Origin: Acidobacteriota bacterium
GTDB lineage: Bacteria; Acidobacteriota; UBA6911; RPQK01; CBDBID01
Assembly: GCA_965205565.1 (NCBI GenBank)
Contig: CBDBID010000041.1
Location: forward strand, 8,455 to 72,454
Length of the DNA: 64,000 nucleotides
Direction: 5' to 3'
The notes beneath the pieces are model-generated. The model was not told the origin of the DNA, searched no databases, and saw only the letters and a list, made by a program, of their open reading frames with translations. Shown in pieces: positions 22,020 through 30,842 of the stretch (positions are counted from its first letter, which is position 1; the number at the start of each line of letters is the position of its first letter). A program made the translations under genes and the position numbers.

Positions 22020-23132
22020 TCAATCTTCTCTGGAGCGGTTTTTTGCCCGTTTCAAATTCTGCAAGCCGTGTTGGGAACCTTTTTGGGCGATTTCAGAGGT
22101 CCCCTCTGACTTTCGGATTTCATTGTACAGTGTTTCGTCCTTCCTGCGCTCGGCCAGTTGCTTGATGGGGGCCAGTTTGGGGATGAATTCGGTCACTTTC
22201 TCCTGGAGTTTTTCCAGGGTCTCTTTGAGCTCCTCTCTGGAAGGAGGCCGGTGTTCCATCCGGTCATCGACGTTGACCATGATCCCGTCGATGGCTCGTT
22301 CATAGCTTCGGACCAACTCCCAATAGTCGAAAAAAAAGAGAGGATTCTCCTCCTCGGGATGGCTCTCTTGCCCTTCTGTATTCTGGCTGGACTCCGGAGG
22401 ATCCCCGTTTATCTCCGCCTGGGGTTCTCTTTCTCGGGCGCTCATCCTGCGCTCGAATTCCAGCAGGCGGCTTTCGGCGATTTCCAGAAAAACTTCGACT
22501 CTCTTGACCAGTTCCTGGTTCTGCTGCAGTTTTTCATATTCGGCGTCGGTGAAACAGTCGTCTGTAGCGACTTGGTGCCGGTGCGCTCGCGTTTCAGGAG
22601 CCCGAAAAGAGCGAGCCTCTGAAGGCTGGGCCCGGTGCAAAATCTGGAGTTTCGTCTGGGCCAGGGCTTCACCAAAAAGCTGGCGTAGCAGTTGGTCACG
22701 CAGTTTTTCCAGATCCTCTTTGGTTCGATCGAACTCCGTTCGGTATTCAAAGGGTACCGAGAATCTCAGGTCGTCGAGATTCTCCAACAGCTTCCGCAGC
22801 CGGATCTCCAGTTTCTTCACCTGCTTGGATTGCAGTTCCTTGATCTGGGCTCGAGCGCGGGAGGGTTCTTGCATCGCGTAACGAGCCATTTGGCCCATGT
22901 CCTGTAGGGTGTTGAGTACTTTCTCCAGACGCTTCTGGCCGAGGTAGACCCGGACGGCTCTAACCTGACGATCGAACACTTTTTGAAACAGGTCGATGCG
23001 ATCCTTGTAGCGCGGCTTGGCCCGATATTTCTGGTACTCCCGCTGTGTCAAAAGCTCAGACAGACCGGCGTCTATCTCGGGAGCGAAGGCGGCCGAGCTT
23101 CCCAGCAAAAAACAGAGTAGGGCAACGCCCAT
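22020..23132 (-). CDS. Secreted, highly charged coiled-coil protein of unknown function; its stop abuts the PKS start
   Basis: Signal peptide MGVALLCFLLGSSAAFA followed by a K/E/R/L-rich helical sequence. No family recognised. Confidence 0.55.
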   Translation of the reverse strand: MGVALLCFLLGSSAAFAPEIDAGLSELLTQREYQKYRAKPRYKDRIDLFQKVFDRQVRAVRVYLGQKRLEKVLNTLQDMGQMARYAMQEPSRARAQIKELQSKQVKKLEIRLRKLLENLDDLRFSVPFEYRTEFDRTKEDLEKLRDQLLRQLFGEALAQTKLQILHRAQPSEARSFRAPETRAHRHQVATDDCFTDAEYEKLQQNQELVKRVEVFLEIAESRLLEFERRMSAREREPQAEINGDPPESSQNTEGQESHPEEENPLFFFDYWELVRSYERAIDGIMVNVDDRMEHRPPSREELKETLEKLQEKVTEFIPKLAPIKQLAERRKDETLYNEIRKSEGTSEIAQKGSQHGLQNLKRAKNRSRED

Positions 23133-23138
23133 ATCCGA

Positions 23139-25100
23139 CTACATCCGTTCGGGGACCTGTATCCCGAGTGCATCGAGGGCCTTGAGCAGACCTCGACGGG
23201 CCGCATCGGCGATGCTGAGATACAGGGTCCTCTTGAAAACGTCCTTCTCGGACAGAATGTGGTATTTATGATAGAAAAGATTGAATTGCTGAGCCAGCAG
23301 GAAGGCGTGTTTGGCCAGATAGCTCACCTCCATGGTGCGAAGGGACTGTTGGATCGCCTCGCTGATGCGGGCGATTCGCACGAGCAGGCTCCACAGTGCA
23401 TCGTCTGACAGGAGGTCCGTAGTTCGATCCAGATCCTCCCATAGAATCCGCCGACTCTTTTCATTCCCGGAGACGTTCCAGCCTGGTTCTGATTTTTTCA
23501 GTTTGCGAAAGATGTTGTTGGCGCGCACTACAGAGTATTGCAAATAGGGTCCGGTTTCGCCCTCAAAACTCAGAGCCTCGGCAAAGTCAAAGGCGATGAC
23601 GGCGTTGCGAGTGTACTTGAGAAGGAAATAGCGCAGCGCCCCGATGGCAATTTTCCGAGCGATCTGCAATTGCTTCTGATCCGGCAAATCCTTCTGCCGG
23701 GCACGGACCTCTTCGAGGCATCTGACGATCAGTTTGTCGATCAGTTCGTCGGCTTTGACACCCAAGCCCTTCCGACCAGAGACTTCCACATAGGGTCGGC
23801 GGGCGTCTTCATCGGACAACTCGATCCCCAGTTCCTGACAGCAACCCGGCGAAAGGGCCACCATTTCATAGGAGAAGTGGATGGATCGCTCAGCTTGGGA
23901 AGTGAAATTTAGGCTGCGCAGACCTTGCGCCACCACCCGCTGCAGGTAGGCTTGCCGGACGTCGATGACATTGTAAACCTGATGGCCATGTCCGAAATCG
24001 GGTGGGTTTCCGTTGACGGCACGAGTGGACGTGATCCAGACGACCCGGCCGTTAGGATATTCGTGGAAAGGCTGGTAGTGGAAGTTATTGGACAGGAGCC
24101 CGAACTTCCAGAGTTGGTAAGCAATGTCCTTTCCGACATAGGTCACGGTTTCGTTGCTTCTGACGATGATCTTCTCGTCTTCGGATCCAGACTCGTCCTC
24201 CGGCAGCTGCATCACCCAGCAACCCCGATTGGGACCCTGCTTGACGAAGCGAATGGCTCCGGCTTCTTTGAGTTGGGCGAACGCCTGCTCCCAGAACTTC
24301 AGCTGCAGGATCTCGCTCTCTCGTGGCAGAACATCGTATTCCACGCCCATCCGAGCCATGGTCTTCAAGTGGGCGCGTACCACCCGTGAAGCGATGTATT
24401 CGGCCAGCTCCGCCGTTTTGCCCTGAGCTGTCTCGATTTGCTGGAGAGCCCGATGCCGGTACTCGAGCCGGGTCTCATCCTGTTGGTACCAGTCGGCAAC
24501 TTCGGCGTAGAGATCCCAGCAGAAGTAGTCAAAGGGATCCTCTATCTGCCTCACCTGGTCCAGAGAGAGCTGGCGCAGTTGCTCGAAACCGACCACGACA
24601 TCGGCCACCTGGACGCCCGTGTTGTCGATGTAATTCTGGACTTCCACCCGATGCCCTTCGGCGCGCAGTAAACGCACGAAGGTGTCTCCCAGAGCGGCAT
24701 TGCGGAGGTGACCGATATGAGCCGCCTTGTTGGGGTTGATGTTCGTGTGCTCGACGATGACTTTGGGGCCGGAGCTTGCAGGTAGGGTCGAACTCAGCCA
24801 GACTGCCAGATCCCGAAGGAAGGTGCCTCGGCGAAAAAAAACGTTGATATAACCCGCGCCGGCGGCCTCGAAACGGTCTACTTCCGGTGGGGGCTCAATC
24901 CGTTCCACCACTTCTCGGGCGATGTCCCGGGGTGGTCTCTTCAGATTTTTCGCTAGATCGAAGGGGAAGGGAAAGGCCAGATCTCCGAACTCGATGCGTG
25001 GTGGCCTTTCCGAAGTGAGGGTGCCCGGTTCCAGCTGAAAATGTTCTCGGATGAATGTTCGCAGGTGAGCGCCAACGGCCTCGATCCGTCCCAACAGCAT
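23139..25100 (-). CDS. argS: Arginine--tRNA ligase
   Basis: 653 aa. HIGH motif NPNKAAHIGHLRNAALGD and a C-terminal ...RM. Confidence 0.92.
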   Translation of the reverse strand: MLLGRIEAVGAHLRTFIREHFQLEPGTLTSERPPRIEFGDLAFPFPFDLAKNLKRPPRDIAREVVERIEPPPEVDRFEAAGAGYINVFFRRGTFLRDLAVWLSSTLPASSGPKVIVEHTNINPNKAAHIGHLRNAALGDTFVRLLRAEGHRVEVQNYIDNTGVQVADVVVGFEQLRQLSLDQVRQIEDPFDYFCWDLYAEVADWYQQDETRLEYRHRALQQIETAQGKTAELAEYIASRVVRAHLKTMARMGVEYDVLPRESEILQLKFWEQAFAQLKEAGAIRFVKQGPNRGCWVMQLPEDESGSEDEKIIVRSNETVTYVGKDIAYQLWKFGLLSNNFHYQPFHEYPNGRVVWITSTRAVNGNPPDFGHGHQVYNVIDVRQAYLQRVVAQGLRSLNFTSQAERSIHFSYEMVALSPGCCQELGIELSDEDARRPYVEVSGRKGLGVKADELIDKLIVRCLEEVRARQKDLPDQKQLQIARKIAIGALRYFLLKYTRNAVIAFDFAEALSFEGETGPYLQYSVVRANNIFRKLKKSEPGWNVSGNEKSRRILWEDLDRTTDLLSDDALWSLLVRIARISEAIQQSLRTMEVSYLAKHAFLLAQQFNLFYHKYHILSEKDVFKRTLYLSIADAARRGLLKALDALGIQVPERM

Positions 25101-25510
25101 GGTTTCTTATCATAGCAAAGTCAGCACTCGGGCGAGTTATCACCCATCTCTGGCGGCGTGCCTGCCGGCAGAGAGGTGCAGCGCGACGCTGGCCGTTGTT
25201 TTGAAAAAACTCTCCTCCGCGATCTTTCGATCACCTAGGGTTGGCTCTGGAGTCGCGCCTGGCAGATTTGCACGGGTTAGCCGGTAGGATGGGTTCGCTC
25301 CGGTAGAAGAAAGAGTCCGGCTATTGTATCGTCAGGTGGCTGGTATGGGAAAGGAAACCTGTTAGCCTTTATTGAGTTGCCGGATCAGTGCGAGACGGGC
25401 CCATGAGGGCGAAAGGGTCCGCCTTTTTGCGGACCGCTCTGGCGAACCCCGCAACGTTCGAACTCACACGAAGGCCAGCTTCGACCGAGTAGGTAAGAGG
25501 GAAGCCGCCC

Positions 25511-26797
25511 GTGGCCAAGATTCTGTATTTCGATCCCTTCAATGGCGCCAGCGGAGACATGGTTCTAGGCGCCCTCTTGGACCTGGGGCTTCCGCTCGAG
25601 CATCTGGAAGCGGAACTGAGCAAGCTGGGGCTCGAACCCTATCGCCTTGAAGTCGAGCCGGTGGAACGTCAGGGATTGCGGGGCGTCAATGTTCGGGTTC
25701 GGCCCGTCGATCCGGCGGAATCGAGTTCCGACGCCTCCCATCACCCGGTCTCCGATGAAACGGACCAGGGTTCAAAGGATCGAGCCAGACACCACCACGG
25801 GGGCTCTCACCCGTCCCGGGGGCCCAGGGAGATTCGCCGGCTCATCGAAAGCAGCTCCCTGGACGCCTGGGTCAAGGAAAAAGCACTGGAGATCTTCCGT
25901 CGGCTGGGGGAGGCCGAGGCCAAGGTTCACGGCGTGCCTCTCGATCGCATCCACTTCCACGAGGTGGGTGCCGTGGATGCGCTGGTCGATATTGTGGGAG
26001 CCTGTGTCGGCTTCCGTTACTTCGAGGTCGAGGAGTTCTACAGCGCTCCCCTGAGGTTGGGTTGGGGTACCGTCACTTTCTCGCATGGGACCTGGCCGGT
26101 TCCCGCTCCGGCGACGGTGGAGTTGTTGAAGGATTTCCCTTCAGTGATGGGTGAGCTGCAGGGGGAGATGACCACTCCGACCGGGGCGGCCATCATCACC
26201 ACGCTGGTGGAAGGAGACCCCTGCCCTCCGGTTTGCCGGTATTTCGGGAGCGGTCTGGGCACTGGGGATCGCTGCTACGAAAACGCACCCAACATGCTGC
26301 GTTTAATGCTGGGGCAGACTCCGGAGGGCCTGCCCCGACACGGGGAGCTTCCGTCTTCGGACCAGAAGGTGGTGGTGCTGGAAGCCAGTATCGATGACAT
26401 GGACCCGGAATTGTTCGGGCACTTCCTGGGGATCGCCTTGAAAAAGGGCGCGCTGGATGTCTACTATACGCCTCTTTACATGAAGAAGAACCGGCCGGGC
26501 TTGCTGCTTTCAATCCTGTGTCTGCCCCAAGACAGCGAAGAGATGGCCGAGCTGATCTTTCGCGAGACCACCACCTTTGGGGTACGCTATAGCTGGTGGG
26601 ATCGGTGGGTGTTGGAGCGAGAGATTCGGTCGTTGCAGACCGACCTGGGTTCGGTGAGAGTGAAAATCGGCCGCTGGCGCGGGGACGTGGTCAGTGTGTA
26701 CCCAGAATACGATGATTTGAAGACGATTTCCGAGCGGGAAAACATTCCGCTCAAGGTGGTTCGGCAAAAAGTTCTGGAGCAACTGCGCGACTTATGA
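25511..26797 (+). CDS. larC: LarC-family nickel-insertion protein (DUF111)
   Basis: The N-terminus M.KILYFDPFNGASGDMVLGALLDLG is diagnostic. GTG start. Confidence 0.85.
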   Translation: MAKILYFDPFNGASGDMVLGALLDLGLPLEHLEAELSKLGLEPYRLEVEPVERQGLRGVNVRVRPVDPAESSSDASHHPVSDETDQGSKDRARHHHGGSHPSRGPREIRRLIESSSLDAWVKEKALEIFRRLGEAEAKVHGVPLDRIHFHEVGAVDALVDIVGACVGFRYFEVEEFYSAPLRLGWGTVTFSHGTWPVPAPATVELLKDFPSVMGELQGEMTTPTGAAIITTLVEGDPCPPVCRYFGSGLGTGDRCYENAPNMLRLMLGQTPEGLPRHGELPSSDQKVVVLEASIDDMDPELFGHFLGIALKKGALDVYYTPLYMKKNRPGLLLSILCLPQDSEEMAELIFRETTTFGVRYSWWDRWVLEREIRSLQTDLGSVRVKIGRWRGDVVSVYPEYDDLKTISERENIPLKVVRQKVLEQLRDL

Positions 26798-28720
26798 GTA
26801 AGAAGTACTACCTCACGACGCCGCTTTACTACGTCAACGGAGTCCCCCATGTCGGTCACACCTACACTACCGTAGTCGCCGATGCGTTGGCCCGGTACAA
26901 GAGAATGTGCGGGTTGGACGTGTGCTTGCTGACGGGCACCGACGAACATGGCTTGAAAATCGAGCGAGCGGCCCGGGAGGAAGGGCTGGAGCCAAAGTCG
27001 CTGGTCGATCGCTACGCTGCGGCGTTCGAGCGCACCTGGAAGTCGCTCGATGTCAGTTTTGACGAATTCATTCGCACCAGCGAGTCGCGCCATGCCTCTG
27101 GCGTGGAGGAGTTCTTCCAGCGCCTCGAAAAGAGTGTCTATCTGGGTGAGTACAGCGGATCCTATTGCGTGAACTGTGAAGCCTACGCCGGCGAGGGAGA
27201 CCAGGTTTGCCCGGACTGCGGCCGCCCCACTGAATTCATGACCGAAGAGAGCTACTTTTTCAAGCTGTCCGCCTTCGAGGAGAAACTGCTGGCGTTTTAC
27301 CGGGACAACCCGGACTTCGTGATCCCGTCCACCCGGATGAACGAAATCGTCGGTTTCGTCAGGGGCGGCCTTGAAGGACCTCAGCATCAGCCGCACCTCC
27401 TTCAGCTGGGGCATCCGGGTACCGGAGGATCCCAAACACATCTTCTACGTCTGGTTTGACGCTCTGACCGGCTATCTGTCGGGAGTTGGTTTTGGCGCCG
27501 ATCCAGAGCGTTTCGAGAAACACTGGCCGGCCAACGTCCAGTTGATTGGCAAGGATATCCTCCGCTTTCACGCCGTCTACTGGCCGGCCTTTCTGATGGC
27601 CGCCGGTCTGGAGCCGCCCCGCCACATTCTGGTCAACGGTTGGTGGACGGTGGATGGCGAGAAGATGTCCAAATCTCGAGGCAACTTCATCGCGGCTCAA
27701 GAGATGACGGAATTGTTGGATACCGATTACATCAAGTACTTCCTACTGCGGGAAATTCCTTTGGGAGGGGACGGAAATTTTTTCCTACGAGGCTCTGCTG
27801 GGAAGAGTCAACAGCGATCTGGCCAACGACCTGGGGAATTTGATCAGCCGGACCTTGAAGATGATCGAGAACTACTTCGAGTCAAGAATCCCGCAGCTGG
27901 TCGAATCGGAGCCTCGCGACAATGATCTGCAGAGCTTCTGCATCGAGACCGTGCAGCTGTACCGCAAGAACTTCGATCGGTTTCAGATTGGCAAGGCCTT
28001 GGACCATGTGTGGGAGCTGATCTCGGCCGTCAACAAGTACATCGTGGCCAACGAGCCGTGGTCGCTGGCTCGGAATCCGGCCCAGCGGGATCGGCTGGCC
28101 ACGGTGCTCTACACTTGCGCTGAAAGCATTCGAATCATAGCGGTCCTGCTGGCTCCGGTCCTACCCCGCGGATCCTCGGCGATTTTGAAAGCAGTTGGGA
28201 ATTGACGAGCCGCTGGAGGCCCACCGGTTGACCCATCTCAACTGGGGAGTGTTGAAGGTGAGATCGAAGATTGGACCCGTAGAGGCGATCTACCCTCGCC
28301 AGGATGTAAAACCAGTTTCTGGCCGAATCCGCAAAGAAAAAGCGGCCGGACCAACCGGCCGCGACTCCCCAAGCAACGAAGAGTGCCAAACCAAAAGAGC
28401 AGATTCGAATCGAGGATTTCGAGAAAGTGGACATGCGGGTGGGAAAGGTGCTCAAAGTCGAACCCATCGCCCGCTCCAAGAAACTGGTCAAGATGCAGGT
28501 CGACGTCGGTGACGAGGTGCGCCAGGTCGTGGCTGGTATCGCTCGGGAATATCCCCCCGACTCGTTGGTGGGGCGGCAAGTGGTGATCGTCGCCAACCTG
28601 CAGCCCGCCAAATTGATGGGAGTCGAATCGAAGGGCATGGTCGTGGCGGCTTCCGACGGGGATCGGCCGGTTTTGGTGACCTTCACCGAGCCAGTGAGCC
28701 TGGGTGCCAGGCTCCGATAA
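26794..28720 (+). CDS. metG: Methionine--tRNA ligase, with about four apparent single-base frameshifts
   Basis: HIGH motif YVNGVPHVGH, Zn knuckle CVNCEAYAGEGDQVCPDCG, KMSKS, the anticodon-binding domain and the C-terminal tRNA-binding EMAP-like domain (VGKVLKVEPIARSKKL) are all present. They are spread over frames 26794-27459, 27371-27925, 27840-28205, 28195-28512 and 28427-28720. The shift at about 27373 is one extra t in ctt. Confidence 0.9.
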
Positions 28721-29511
28721 TGTTTGTCGATTCTCATGCCCATCTCGACTCGGAGACTTTTCAGGAGGATCTTCTTCCGGTTCTGGACCGAGCCGCCGAT
28801 TCCGGTGTCAGCCAGATTCTGACCATCGGCTGCGTGGGAGAAGAGGGAAAATCCCCCGCACAGATCCTCGGCTTCGCAAAGCCCCATCCCCAGCTTCTTG
28901 CCGCCCTGGGAGTCCATCCCCACGACGCCCGACTCTACACCCCGGAGCTGGGTCGACAGATTCTGGATCGGATGACGCACCCTCGCGTTCTGGGATGGGG
29001 GGAGATCGGTCTGGACTTTCATTACGACAACTCTCCCCGAGAGCCGCAGAGACGAGTCTTTCGTGACCAGCTTCGCCTGGCTCAGCAGGCTCGAAAGCCG
29101 GTCATCATTCATACTCGCAACGCCGAGGAGGAGACCATCGAGATCCTCAGGGAGGAACTGGGGGAGAGTGGAAAGGGGGTGGGCGTGATCCACTGTTTTA
29201 CCGCCGATCAGGTGGTGGCGGAACGTTTTCTGGCTTTGGGATTTTACCTCTCCTTCGGCGGGATTCTGTCCTTTCCCAAGTCCGATGAGCTGAGGGAAAC
29301 GGCCCGACGGGTTCCCAGAGACCGCATCCTGATCGAGACGGACGCCCCTTACCTGGCCCCGGTTCCGCATAGAGGCCGGCGCAACGAACCGGCTTACGTG
29401 GTCCGGGTAGCGGAGGTGTTGGCTCAGGTCCTGGGTGAAGACTTGGGGACAATTGCCGACTTGACCCGCAGCAACTTTCACCGGCTCTTTGAATCCGCTT
29501 CCTGCCTCTGA
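28720..29511 (+). CDS. tatD: TatD-family metal-dependent hydrolase
   Basis: MFVDSHAHLD, the GEIGLD(F)H-like block and the ETDAPY block. Confidence 0.9.
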   Translation: MFVDSHAHLDSETFQEDLLPVLDRAADSGVSQILTIGCVGEEGKSPAQILGFAKPHPQLLAALGVHPHDARLYTPELGRQILDRMTHPRVLGWGEIGLDFHYDNSPREPQRRVFRDQLRLAQQARKPVIIHTRNAEEETIEILREELGESGKGVGVIHCFTADQVVAERFLALGFYLSFGGILSFPKSDELRETARRVPRDRILIETDAPYLAPVPHRGRRNEPAYVVRVAEVLAQVLGEDLGTIADLTRSNFHRLFESASCL

Positions 29512-29530
29512 AAGCCGGCAAGGTATCCGG

Positions 29531-29600
29531 CACGAGGAGCGACGAGATCGCCCGCGAGACCTCACCTCCCAAGCCCCCTCCGCAAACATTTTGTCGCTGG
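29531..29600. repeat. Truncated copy C of the MITE-like repeat core, without the TIRs
   Basis: GAGGAGCGACGAGATCGCCCGC...CCCCCTCCGCAAACATTTTGTCGCT matches the core and 3' block of the copies at 18813 and 53815. Confidence 0.55.
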
Positions 29601-29764
29601 ACCCCAACGGGGTGGTGCTCGTCGCCTTACGGCGTGGCCAAACTTTCAGCATCGCGCTCAAACACGTACTCAGTTTGAACTGACTAACTACCAGTCCGGA
29701 ATGCTCCGGAGTGCCCGTTGTCAGGGCTGGGGAGCGTTGATATAGTGACGGGCCGAGTGGTTGT

Positions 29765-30763
29765 ATGAATCCAATTCCCCGCGTGTCTCTTGGCGCAAGG
29801 GAGGTCTTTCAGCTCATCGCTCCCGAGCTTCAAGAAGTCGAGAGGACTCTCAAGAACAAAGCACAAACGGCGATTCCGCTTATCAATGACATTAATCGCT
29901 ACCTGCACGGCAGCGGCGGGAAGCGGCTGCGACCGGCTCTCCTGCTGCTGGCGGCAAAACTCTGTAACTACGACCGGGACTCCCTGATTCGCCTGGGCGT
30001 AGTGGTCGAATTCATCCACGTGGCCACCCTGGTCCACGATGACATCCTGGACAACGCGGACATGCGGCGGGGGAGACCTTCGGTCAATGCACGTTGGGGA
30101 AACCAGGTCACGGTTTTGATGGGTGACTGGCTCTACATTACGTCTTTCGAGCTGGCGCTCCGAGAGAGGAAATTTCGAATTCTGGACGTCTTGATTGAAG
30201 TGACCCGCAAGATGGTGGAAGGCGAGTTGATGCAGATGGAGCGCCGGGGTTGTGCAGAGGTCACTGCGGAAGAACAGTTGGGAATCTGCTTCCGGAAGAC
30301 GGCTTGCCTTTTTTCCAGCTGCACACAAATGGCCGGAATTCTGGGAGAATTGGGAGCGGAGAGGGAAGAGAAGCTTCGGACCTACGGCGCTTCCCTGGGG
30401 ATGGCCTTCCAGTTGATCGACGATCTGCTCGATTACACGTCCGATCGGAAGGCGCTGGGAAAACCCGTGCTTAAGGATCTGGAAGAGGGCCGGGTTACCC
30501 TTCCCATCATCTATCTTCTTCAGCAAGCCGGGTCGCAGGAGCGAGCCTTCGTGCTGGATGTGGTCTCCCAGGGGAACTTTTCATCGGTCAACAAGAGAGA
30601 AATCATCCGCCTGGTGGAAAGCCACGGTACCCTTCAGCGGGCGAGAGAATTGGCCGAAGAGTACGCCCGCAAGGCGAAGGCCTCTCTGGAGGGATTTCCC
30701 GACTCCATCTACCGATCCGCTCTGCTCAAGGTCCCGGACTTCGTCTTGGAGCGTACCCACTAA
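29765..30763 (+). CDS. trans-Polyprenyl diphosphate synthase (octaprenyl or heptaprenyl, IspB-like)
   Basis: DDxxD motifs VHDDILDNADMRRGRPS and FQLIDDLLDY. Confidence 0.9.
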   Translation: MNPIPRVSLGAREVFQLIAPELQEVERTLKNKAQTAIPLINDINRYLHGSGGKRLRPALLLLAAKLCNYDRDSLIRLGVVVEFIHVATLVHDDILDNADMRRGRPSVNARWGNQVTVLMGDWLYITSFELALRERKFRILDVLIEVTRKMVEGELMQMERRGCAEVTAEEQLGICFRKTACLFSSCTQMAGILGELGAEREEKLRTYGASLGMAFQLIDDLLDYTSDRKALGKPVLKDLEEGRVTLPIIYLLQQAGSQERAFVLDVVSQGNFSSVNKREIIRLVESHGTLQRARELAEEYARKAKASLEGFPDSIYRSALLKVPDFVLERTH

Positions 30764-30842
30764 GTGCTCACTTCCAGGGAACACTTAGATCCCCGGTTGG
30801 CTCCGCATCTTGGAGCCAGTTTCCGGCAGCGCTCCGGGGCGC

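Noticed and set aside
25100-25510. T-box riboswitch in the argS leader
   Set aside because: No T-box consensus (AATTAGGGTGGTACCGCG-like) or specifier-loop architecture is visible.
29684-30526. 280-aa minus-strand ORF overlapping the polyprenyl synthase gene
   Set aside because: The plus-strand frame has clear DDxxD prenyl synthase motifs. The minus ORF is compositionally biased (R/Q/L-rich) antisense noise.
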